A stretch of DNA of 45,379 bases from Catajapyx aquilonaris (lineage: Eukaryota). The notes under the pieces were generated by a model. The model searched no databases, had not been told where the DNA came from, and saw only the letters and a program-made list of their open reading frames with translations. Each line of letters opens with the position of its first letter. Positions within the stretch are counted from its first letter, which is position 1. Location of the stretch: the NCBI GenBank assembly GCA_000934665.2, contig KZ538830.1:1-45379 (forward strand). The letters run 5' to 3'. Below are positions 12,024-23,600 of this stretch, one piece after another. The translations under genes were made by a program, and so were the position numbers.

Positions 12024-14001
12024 GTAAGCCGACCGTACACTGCACTTAGCGGAATTTACAGGGAGGTTAAAGTGCGTCGCATTAAATGCTAATTAGAGTT
12101 CTTGAATGGGTCTGAATCTATAATTGCAGTGGCCGATAAACCGCTGTATGCAGTTCAATTTGCTGATATTGATTTTCCTATTGCTTCCGCGTGATTTAAT
12201 GAGTGTGTATAACAATGCAGCAGAGTAATTGAATGACGCGGGTTTTTAATTTGCTGAGCGGACAGCTGTGTGAACATTGGTCGTAGTTGTGCGGCTGCCA
12301 CATGATTAGATTATATTAATTAACCTGGGTGCAGGATACATAATGCTTGTTTTAGCTTCCCCGTGACACCTTCCCAAGTACACATTATCGCGGTTGTTTT
12401 GTGTTTTAGCATTGACACAAAACTTGTGCGTATGAGAGCGAGAGAATGAGATGGAAACTGCCATTCGGTGTGAAATAAATTGACACTCGTGTGTCCTTTT
12501 TTTTGGGTTAGTGTTGTGCATGTAACTGTGCAAGATACCACCACAGGAAGTGAGCACTGCCTTGTCACTACTGATTTTGTTTTTTAAATATCAATGTCTG
12601 AATTTTTGAAAATATCACTTTGTCCACACCACACGGTCCTGAGCATGCAGTGTGTCACTTATTTCTCTACAAATAATAATAATTTGCTCGATGCTTGCAT
12701 GTGTTTTTTTTAAATAAGTCACTTGATTTTTTGTAAGTTGTTGGCTATGCTTACAGTCGATTAAATATTATTACTATGGTTATAATTTTTTTTTGGCATC
12801 AACCTCCCCCAAATTACCCCTTGGAAAAGAAAAAAAAAATGCATGGTGTATAAAAAACTCCGGTTCTGACTCTATAGGTAAGAAAAGTTTGGATTTTTCC
12901 AGTGACGGAAACTCCGTGTGATGATGACGAATGTTTTGGGAATAGTTTAATCTTTTGACACACGAGTTGAAACCAAAAAGGGAATTTGAATATTTTATTT
13001 TTTTCATGTATAGCTCAAAAAGAGTGGGTTCACATTACACATCTCAATTATAGTTACTTGGTAGTACCGATTTTTATTATTTTTGTAGCTGGTATTCTAT
13101 CTCTGGTAGTTATAACTATCTCTTATTGGACAACAACTTTGTTGCGCATGAAAAGAAAATAGTTAACTTTTTCCCGTCTTCATGCCCGAGTTAACATTTC
13201 GTGCTGAAAATTTTGGGTATGAAAGTGAAAATTGATTTGTGATTTCATTTTCGCCTGGAATTTTTGGCATGTGGTTTACACATATTGTGATGAAAATTCC
13301 GTGCTGGAAGTTGTTGGTGGGTTTTGGGCTCTGTGGTCCGTATCTCAACACCAATTGTCACAAGGAATTTAATCATGGGGTAAATCAAGCGTAACTCAGG
13401 CACAAGTAGGTAGCAATACTGTATTTCACTCTACCGTATTTAACTTGCACAAAAAATTAGTGCTTTAACGGCAAGTCACTCTCTAAACCGATTGCTTAAA
13501 AATTCTTCATCTGCACTTTTTCCTCTTTAAAAAAACAACTGTACATTTAAAAAAGCTGCATGTTAGGATACCAGTGTTACTATTTCTACTTTTTCACTAT
13601 CTAAAGAGCTATAGGCGCTTTTTTTTTCTCTCTATTTCCGAACGAAGGAGAGCTTGTAAAGTGAACCCACTTCGCAAATTAATAACTTGTTGGAACTTGA
13701 AGAGCCTCTGTAAGTTGTTCAAAGTGTACCTTTGGAATTTTATTTGTCTGGAAACCACTGTTTTGATGATCATTTTGCTAGGATGAGAAACCATTCCAGT
13801 TGTGGACGTGGCCAGCAGTGAATTTGACTACTTCATGGCAGGGATTCTTCGCTTCGACCCGTTAAAAAAAAATGATAACAGAGCAATGAGAGAGAGAGAG
13901 AAAAAAAAAACAGTTCGTTTTTTGCCAAGAAAACGTTTGTGTGCATTTGTTTGTCAAAGGTTTCAATAATCATGATTGGCATTTTTTCATTCACATTACA
14001 G

Positions 14002-14016
14002 CTCACTGGAGGTGAG
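14002..14016 (+). CDS. PMCA: Candidate PMCA microexon (LTGGE)
   Basis: ttttttcattcacattacag|ctcactggaggtgag|gtaaga: strong acceptor and near-consensus donor 15 nt apart, phase 0-0, no stop codon. No transcript evidence. Confidence 0.55.
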
Positions 14017-16926
14017 GTAAGAATGACTTAATCCTTGATGGTAATGACTATAATGCTTGTATGTTTTTTTTTTTATTACACCGTTTTTTTTAAATATATA
14101 TTGCACTTTGGTATAACCAACTTTTAGGCCATCGCCAGTTTTTTAATGTTTGTCACACGAGCAGGCATTTGAAAGAAATAATAACAAATCGCAATTAATG
14201 AATCGCACCGGATACATTGTTATAGAGGCTCTTTAAGTATGGATTTCAGAAAACAAGAGGAGTTATTCGCTGTTTTTTTTTTTGTATTTAAAAAAGTTTG
14301 ATGACTCGGTGAATTTTTCTGAGAACTGGGAGGGGCAAAAAGAAAAATGTACGCTTGGAGTCCAGTTTCCTATACCCCGCCCACCCCTGCAATTATTTTC
14401 CCTGCAGTACTTCACCAACCGAAGTGATTGCACACTTAGTGCACAGTAGTTACGAAGAAAACCCCCCTCTTTTTTTTTTCATCCCATCTTCTATACAAAA
14501 TGATTGCCCTTTTCACAGTTGTACAGTACAAAGTATTTTATCACACTTTTTTTTTTCAACTATCTCTACCTATGACATGAAGTATCTGTAACTCAAGCCT
14601 TTTTTTTTTTGGTTTTAGCATAGAAACTATTTAATCTACACTATACTGAACCTATCTAGTTAATTAATATTATGCATGTATGTGGCTTGATCTGCTGGTA
14701 AAGCGCAGGAAGGAAGGGACACATGAATGAGATTTGTTGACGCCACAATATTGTTGTCATCTTCTGTACTAAAAGTAGGCGTACCATCTTCAATTATTTT
14801 TTTTTTTGTATATAATTTCCATGTACATATTATAATTTTTTTTGTGTGTGTAACTCCACTATATTGTCATTTACTTTTTTTTTTTAAATGTGGCATTTTG
14901 CCCAAGTAACAAGTTTTGGCAGTGGTGCGGTTCCTGTGGAGGTTTATTTTAATTTCTATTAGTTTTATCCGAGGTAAGGTTTTTTTTTGACAAATCAGGG
15001 AGTAAGTTAAGGACTTTCAAAACTTGATTTAGTTCCATAGTTTTATGCCAAACCTTGTGGTTGAAGCTTGATTTAATTCCTATGTTAGTTGAGACTGTAT
15101 CATTGTCTTTTGAGTAATATTTTACATGTATAAGCGGAATTTGCAAATTAAGTTTAAGCGAAATTGGTTCCAAGTTGCATTGTTTTCGACGTTTGTTAGG
15201 AATGAATTCGCGTATCTTTCCATCTTGCAGCAATGCACTTTGGGTATGGTGGCCAAATTTTCAGATTTTGATGACATTGCTTTTCGATTGGGTCCATATA
15301 TGCATTATAAATATTATATAATTTGTTGGAAGCAATGACTTCATAAATCTTCAAAAAAAATAATAATTAGGAAGCAGCAATACTGTGTGTTAATTTCACG
15401 TAGTAATTTTCGTTATCCTTAAATGTTTGAATGATTAATTTGAAAAAGTATGTTGTCGTTGTTCCAACTTTTGATTTACAGGGGATTTTTTCAGGACACG
15501 TTTGAAGCAGCCTGTGTGACGATATGATTTACTTTGGAGGCATTTTGTAAATATGATTTTAGTCATTAATTTTTTAACGGCAAATGGATGCGGGATTACG
15601 ACAGCCACAATGCCTGCCTAAACTTTTACTCAAATAAGGCGTTACAAGTTAAATGTTAAAACGACTATTTCATGCACGTTTTTATAGGGTTAATCACCGT
15701 AAAATTATTGTGAATAGGCGAGAGTGGGAAATGATGTTGATGACAGTGTGTGAATAAGGAAGAGTACATCAGTTCCTCTATCTTACATTTTTAAAAGTGT
15801 TAACAGTGTGTATGTGTAACACATTTTTTTTTTTTTTTTTGAAAGTGTTGGCTTGCTACTCTTGAATGCAAGGGTGCAACGTATCATGCAACATACTGTG
15901 AGTGTGACTCTTGTAATTATAATTAGCCATACCGTAACAGATTGTTATACACGAATAATTTCACAATATGTACTTGTTCGTAGAATAGTTGAAGTTTGTA
16001 ATACGTCAACCACACAGTGCGTTTTTATAACTAGCTGATTTAACGAATTTCACTTGTAATATTGAGATTACAAGATATATTTTTTGGCTACCTGGAAGTG
16101 TGAGTATAAAAACGCACTAATTTGGTCGATATTTAGTGTAATCAACATAACCAATTTTGTTAACTATTGAGCCCTAGGTTACAGGTGTTTCATTTTAATC
16201 GGAACTGTAATAGCACTCAGAAAACAGTTTCTTTTTCAGATTTTGTTGAAATGGCAAAACTTTTTTAAAGGGAAATTTCAGTATTAATTTTTTTTAGCCC
16301 TATTTATTATGCATACATAGAGAAAAGATTTGTCTGCTGTTTTCTGGGTACATACGTACGTAATTATCTGGTTCATCTGGTTATTGTAAGAGAAGTGGGA
16401 CGCTGCGCAGAGTGTTTAATTAGCGGCTGCCTGTGTAAAGGAAATTTCCCCCCAACTTCACTGATGAAACGCCAAACCTGAGCATTCAAAACATTGACTC
16501 TCATCCTTCTAATGCCCTTCCTGTGGACTGAACAGTTGACGTTGCCAATTAGCCCGTGGGTTTAAAAAAAATGTAGCACAGAATTTTTATGGAAATATCT
16601 ACGCCATTTTTTAAAAGAGGTTTTAACCAAATATTCAAATGCGAAATATTTACAAGTCTAGTTCGAAAACTGATTCAGGTGCCTGTTACGTGTTAATTTC
16701 CGTGTGCAGGACACGTTATTTAGCACTGGCAGTGTGTACCTTTTTATTAAATTGATTCATTATTTCAACTGGGACGATTTCAATAATGAAGCGAATGCTA
16801 ACAAGGCGAGACATAATGCTAGTTGTTGTTAACGACCAAAGGCAGCAGACTAATTTAACTGGCAACAGGGCATTCCAGTTACACCAAACTGGCGTGGAAA
16901 GAGTGGTTTTTTATTAACACTATTTA

Positions 16927-17111
16927 CAGGGGTCGAAATATTTGGAATTTGCACTCCCAAAATTATTATTTGCACTCCGAAGTGAGCCATGGAGCTGTTT
17001 TTTTTTAAAAAAACATGGTTAAACTCAGTAATTAAAAAATTAAGCACTACAAAATAATAAGCAATTAACACTATTTGCACGTGGATAAAAAATTTTAATA
17101 TTCGGCCCCTG
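16927..17111. mobile_element. Possible hAT-type MITE
   Basis: Terminal inverted repeats caggggtcgaaatatt ... aatattcggcccctg and a repeated internal tttgcactcc motif. No 8-bp TSD recognisable. Confidence 0.35.
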
Positions 17112-17454
17112 CTAGGATAAGTCATTCGAATGTCAAAGTGGTGCCATTAAGTGGCGGCACACTTGTTCTGTACTTTTTTTTTTAAACAAAATATTGTCAA
17201 TTTAAATGATTTTGTAAATTCCTAAAGGATGTGAGAGGCTCTGTCCGTCTCTTTTGCTTACTTTTTTTTTTCTGTCAAAAATGTCTGGTGTACGTGTACT
17301 TTTTTTTGGGGTTAGATTAGAACCGCTTTTTTATTATTTTTGTGTGCATATGGAGATGTGAACAAAGTAGCAGCCACTTGGACTTTTGGAAGAAAAAACA
17401 TGTCGCCACATGGATGGGCCTGGGTGAATATTAGCAGATGCGTTCTTTTTCCAG

Positions 17455-17616
17455 ATAATGGTAGTTTCCAATTCCAAAGTAATGGAGGACGGCTCTCCTG
17501 GTAGTCCAGCCTCTGGACAGCCTCTAATTCAAAGCAACGGCCTGGAGCCAACTTTTTCCAGTAGCAATGGTGTGGGCTGGAGCTCCTCCAGGTCTCCAGA
17601 TAATGATTGTCACCAG
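17455..17616 (+). CDS. PMCA: Candidate PMCA cassette exon (54 aa, Ser/Gly/Pro-rich); could instead read on to TAA at 17646
   Basis: Acceptor cgttctttttccag, donor cag|gttagg. 162 nt, phase 0-0. IMVVSNSKVMEDGSPGSPASGQPLIQSNGLEPTFSSSNGVGWSSSRSPDNDCHQ. A GC-rich island in an AT-rich intron. Confidence 0.5.
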
Positions 17617-20467
17617 GTTAGGCCGTCCCCTCCCCATCAGAAATAACGCATGATGATCAGATGGTCACATGTCCTAGTAGAATGGCTTATACTTATATAT
17701 ATTTTTTTTAAAAAATATTAATTTAATTTTCTTAAATTTTTTTTGGAGGCTCATTTTTGGTATATTTTTTCAGTACCGGTAGTTAATTCAGTGTGCGTGT
17801 GTGTGTGAAACTCACTCAAGAGGCCAGAAGACCACCTTCCAAAATGCTGCGGCCAAGAAGAAGGAAGGTACCGGTACCGGAGTGGATAAGTGATAAGCCT
17901 GAAAAAGTACTATTTATTTTTTATTGTTTTTTTTTTCTTCTCTCTCACGAGGCTTGTGAACATCACGAGCGATGAGACATTGTTGCAGCCACAAAGTGGA
18001 TGTAAAAAAATATATGAGAAACATATGCTCCTATTATAAGGATGCTAGATTGTAAAATGATAGTTTCGGTAAACTTTGATGTTTTGTGACCCAACGATAA
18101 TAATCAAAGTGGTGTTTTTTTTTGTCTTTTGTGGCAGCTAGCTACTAGGTTAGTATGATCACTAGGGTGCTGTAAAGTGTGATTTTAATTGAAAGTATTA
18201 GGCACTTGTTGTGTGCAGACAGTTAATTATTGTAATGTTTGGGTGCATTTTTTTTTTTTGTGGTTCAGTAGTTTGATGACCAAAGAAATACTCAGCAGTT
18301 TAGAGGAAAAAACTACAGCATTTTAACCGCCAACCTTGTGCAGTAGGGTGTTAAAATAAATATATAAAAAAACAAACAGAGTTAACATGTAATAAGTGTC
18401 AAGACTGATGTCCAAATACAACAAAAGTATGTTGAATCCAGACAAATTCTTATTAATTGTCCAGTTGGCGGGCCGTGTGTTTTTTGCATGCCATCAGATT
18501 ATGGGGAACGGACATTTTCATAACAAATTATCACTAATTTAAAAAATCTGACCGGACCTCATAATTAGACGGTAGGCAAACTGTGGTTTTTACAATACGG
18601 TGTCTCTTTAGTGTATGTTTCTTTTTTTAAAAAAAAAGCTTGGGATTTGTACATTGTGTAAATGCTTTTCGGATCTACATTGTTGTGTTGTGAATATTGT
18701 CACTTAGGCGTTAAGGAACTTTGGGGCAGCTGTGCGCAACCGTTCGGAGAGATGGGCATTTAAAACAAGGTAGAGGAACTGGTGTGCAAAAACCTTTTTT
18801 GCCAAAAAAAAAAATTGCAAGTAACTAGGTGTGCCAAAAAGAACCTTGTCTAACAGTTACAGCATGTTAACATGAGTTTCAGTATTTTCCTCTCGAGACA
18901 TATTGGGACCAAGCCATAATTTATTTATTTTTGCCCCCACCTCTTTCTCAGAAAACAACATTTTTAAAAAAATGTTTGCAAAATAAACCAAATATCGAAT
19001 ACGGGACCGGTAAAATCTTGCTTTTAACGCCAAATGATTCCCTTACTAATTTTTATCATCATGTGATTAGTATTTGCGATTAGTTGCATATGCATGCCAA
19101 AGTATTCTATTTGTTCACATTTTGATAACTGCAGCTTTTTGCAGCGAAGGTGTCGCCAATAGTTTTTTTTTTTTTTTCTGCAGCAATTTAATTTACGAAC
19201 ACGCCGAAAATAAGGGAAGGGATGGTGGTTAATACGAGTGGATTTTTTTATATTTTATAAAATAATAATAATTTATGCAGCAACAAACACCATTTGTACA
19301 CAAGCCAGCTTTTTGTACAGTAATGCATTTTACACGTGTCTTTATTTGACCGCGCCTTATACCGCATTGTGCAAAATATTGGTAATCGTGTTTGTTATAG
19401 GGGACGACATTATATTATTTTGTTGTGTATTGCTATTATTTGTTTTTGGCAGTTGTTTTTTTTTGTGACCAGCGTTTACTGTCTCATTTATTTGTACACG
19501 CAAGAATATTCTTACAGTCATGACTGCTAAGGTAAATGCGCAGGCAATAATCACGTGTTTTGCGAATATTCAGCGCTGGTGTAGTTGCAATTATTAAACA
19601 GCAGGGGGATACTAGTGACTAGCATGGAAATTGCACGTGTAACATTTTGCTTGCCATTCGTTCGAGTAGTCGGCAATTTACTGCTGCTGTAGGCAACTAT
19701 GTTATCTGACAATATTAGAGAATGCAATTATTGGAGGAGTGCAATAAAGTTGCGTGACTTGGTCTGGCAAATTGCATAATAAATCGGCAGCTTTATGGCA
19801 CTATGCTCCAGCAATATTATCGCAATTAAATCAAAATGGGCTAATACGCAATAAAAGCTTATCCAACAGTGTTTTATGTTGTAGCATATGCGACGGGCCG
19901 ACTTGGCATAAAAATGCTGGGTGCTGATGGGTGAATGACTCCTGATGAAACAAAAAAAAGCATGTGTTCGTACCACGGTCATCAATGGCATGAGCTGCGA
20001 ATGACAATGGCCTTTGACCTCTCTTTTTTTTTTGGCAACAGGTCATGACTGTAAGAATGGGACAAGTTTTTAGAAAGGAAAAAAAAAAAAAAGGGAATGA
20101 AACTGTCACGAACATGCTCTACATATGATGATAGTGCTGGAGGTTCTGTGCGTCTGCGAATGATCTGTTTCCATATGTTGCTTTAACAACATAAATATGT
20201 GCGAGTAGCTTTTTGATGAGCAGGTATGCTGTCCAGTATGATCAAGTTACACTTTTTTTTTAAAAAAAGAAAGCAGCCAATGTGGAGCGCTTTGTACCAT
20301 GAAAACTGGGCATGTGTGTTTCTACATTTTTATTTATTTTTATTTGTACTTGTATACATGTATTGTTGGTGGTTTTTTTTTAAATTATTTTTTTGAATTG
20401 GTGGTGTGATTGTTGCAAACTGGTTTTTTAATCCCGTGCATTTCTCTTTCTCTGTCCTTCCTTTCAG

Positions 20468-20689
20468 ATCCGAGTAGTTAATGCTTTCCGTCAGGGTCTA
20501 GATGGTCGTTACACCGATCGCAGCAACCCTTCCCTGGCAGCGGTCCTGCAAAAGCAGTCTTCTCTGAGTAAGCGGTTGTCACAGACTTCTTCTATCGAGT
20601 ACGCAGACAATGTCCCCGACGAGCTCTCGGTCCCTGAGCTCGATGTGGAACGCTTGTCCTCTCACAGTCACACCGAAACAGCCGTTTAG
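20468..20689 (+). CDS. PMCA: PMCA terminal exon B (ends ETAV*)
   Basis: Long pyrimidine tract then ctttcag|. IRVVNAFRQGLDGRYTDRSNPSLAAVLQKQSSLSKRLSQTSSIEYADNVPDELSVPELDVERLSSHSHTETAV*, the typical arthropod PMCA C-terminus with a PDZ ligand. Missing from the ORF track. Confidence 0.96.
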   Translation: MRVVNAFRQGLDGRYTDRSNPSLAAVLQKQSSLSKRLSQTSSIEYADNVPDELSVPELDVERLSSHSHTETAV

Positions 20690-23600
20690 TCCCAACTCTC
20701 CCCTTGTTGTTTCGACGAAAAATAATTAATTAAGGGAGCAGATATTATTATTATTTAATCCCTATCTCCAAAAAAAAAAAAAGAGGTGCAATCAAGCTTC
20801 CTTCTACATCCTCCCCTCCTCTTATCTTCATCATCACATAGACAATTATATATATATAAAAAAGCGAAGTATTGTGTCGGCCTACCCCCTCGCCTTTTTT
20901 GAGTTACGCACTAATTATTTTTTTTTTTGCTCTTAAGTGTGTGGGTTGTATGTTTGTTGCCATGTTTCTTTTTTTTTCTCTCTCTCCCTGCCTCAAATCG
21001 TACTTACTAGTGTGTGTGATTGGATGCATGTTACGTTGTGTGAAAGAGAAGAAGTGCAGTTCATTTTAACGCACTTATTTGGGGACAAGGGAAAAAGGGT
21101 GGGTACAACCCGGACAAAGTGGACAAAAAAAAAAGTGTTGTACACCGAGTCGGAATTTTAATTATAAATAAATAATCATTGATGGTGGTGGGCCTTACTC
21201 AGGGACTTGGAAACCTAAGTTATTTTGGATGACGATTGTTGGGGAAGCGTGTGACAAGTGGACCTTTTTTTTTTTTGAAGAGAAAAAAAAAAAGTATCCA
21301 CCACAACAGTGATGATAAGAAAAAGGAGAGGAGGAGTGAGGCTTTTCTTCATTTTTTAACAATTTTAATTTTTAAAAAAACCTGTTTTGTTGTTAAGACT
21401 CTCTCGTACACTACCCCCTATGTTTACTCTCCCCCCCTCCCCTCCAGTAAAGTGACAACACGTGGGATTTTCACACATTAAAAAAAAACCATAATATATT
21501 ACAAGAGAGGGGATGAAAGCTCAATAGTTAGGAGTGTTTCCAGTGCCGTGTGCAACCAAAAAAAAAAAGAGAGAGAAAAAAATCAGTGCCCCGTGCAGCA
21601 AGCCAGTGCAAGTGGGGAGCCGAAAGTATATACATATATAAATATATAATACACACACAACACAAAAACTGTATGCGAGAGAGTGAGAGAGTGAGAATAC
21701 ATGCTGCGTGAGAAACAGAGGGAAAAAATGCGAGAAAGATGATAAAAAAATAAACAGAAGGGTGGTATTGAGAAGAATAGTGTTTCAAGATGTTATAAGA
21801 GAGAGAATTTTTGGAGAAGGATGGCCTTGCCTTGAGTTTCGACAGAGTGCAGATGCCTGTATTTTGTGGTCTTCCTTCTGGCAGTGGGGGAAAAAAAAAC
21901 AAACAAACAAACAAAACCAAAACCGACAGAAAAAAGTAACTGGATTATTATTATTGACTATTAATTATCTGTTAAGAATGGTTCTGCTCATGTTGCTTCG
22001 CAGAGAAGGATTTAAAAAAAAAAAAAATACCGTTTTTGTGAAGGACAACCGAAATATGCCTTTTTTCTGCTTCCATCAAAACAGGTCTTGTTTCGTCATG
22101 AGTAATGTGAAGGGGGGAAAAAAATAGTCATATCATTTTCTGGCATACTCAGTGTTCTCCACCTTGGTATTTTTTTTGTCTGCAAAATAATCCTCATTTT
22201 ATGTACCTTCACTTTTTTAAAGGAGTGCACTGGTTTTTTAAAATAGTTAAAACCAATGGTATTTCCATTTCCCCACCTTGTTTATTACAAGTTTTTTAAT
22301 TATCCCCCTCTCCCCTAATGAACCAGCTAATTAAAGGTGCACTGCCAGCAAATGATACGGCTATTCTGTGTCCACCATATTTTTTTTTTTCTTTTCTATA
22401 TCTTCTCCATTGTCAAAATAATTGTCAAAAATAATAGTTGACGGGGTTGTGAATGTGTGTGATGCCCATCTTTGGCCCACTAAACTGGGATATGATTCAG
22501 AGTGTTTTAGAGGCAGCTATTACAACAAGTCAATTTTGATGATATATATTTTAAAAAAATGTATAATTACGGTTGCCCTGGTTATTTGATGACATTTGTT
22601 GATTTCTAACTAATGTATTATAGTTGTTAACACTTTTACAAAAAGAAAGACATTTCATCTTGGCTCCACAGAGTGTTAAAGAGACTGACAAGTGGCAAGA
22701 AAAAAAATATTATTATTATTAATTATGCATGTTGAATCCGAAAAAAAAGAGAGAGTGAGAATGATTTGAAAAATTGAATCGTGTGTAACGGTTTTTTTTT
22801 GCCACTTCCAGTCCTCTGTCAAGTCAAGTTATATTTCTATGTAGCACGGTAGTTGTAATTAAGTAGACACTTGGGCTGGAACGACATGGGACTCGATAAT
22901 AATACTTTTTTTTTTTTTTGTGCGTACATCCACCAGACTATCTGAAAGAGAAACGATGAAGGGAAAAAAAAAACCCAGTGCGAACTGTATACCCCTCCCC
23001 ACCACACAAAATATTTTCAATCCGTATATTTGTGAAATTCACACTCTTAGGAAAATCCGCTCTTTTCATGTTTTATGGCACTTGTACTCTAAACGACAGG
23101 ACAATTTGCGCTTTACCCTCTAGAACTATAATGATACATACGCACGTAATTGGAGGGGGGGGGGGAAGGGATTTTAAAATATATATATATATTCGTCCGT
23201 TCAGTTTAAAAAAAATAAATAAATAAGGATGAGTTTGCAGATGCGATATTTATGCAAGAAGGAAAGTTCGAGGTAAAAGATAAGTGAAGTGAAACGAAGA
23301 ATCTAGTGCCCATTTTCTTTTTCTTTTTTTTTCTATAAGAAATTCCATTTTATATTTCTCAGTGTAAAAGTGGCATCTCAAAGAGTACGTTGTTAAACGA
23401 CAAAGCAGTTATAGACGAGACACCTGCCGACAGATGTAAAATAAAACGCGTTTTAAGAAGTAAAAAAAAAGACGAAAAAATACATATATAACGATACAAA
23501 AAAAACATAACCCGGAACGATGACTGCCCAAGAAAATCTGTACAGTAGATTTTTTTTTTTCCCTCAGAAGAAGACTACCCTGTAATAAAGCGAAAAACGA

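Noticed and set aside
13782..13865. Possible short terminal PMCA exon DEKPFQLWTWPAVNLTTSWQGFFASTR*
   Set aside because: Weak acceptor, no donor, no resemblance to the CaM-domain continuation; unsupported without transcripts.
17792..17893. Possible terminal exon CACVCETHSRGQKTTFQNAAAKKKEGTGTGVDK*
   Set aside because: Poor acceptor and begins in a GT microsatellite; the stronger upstream acceptor gives an immediate stop.
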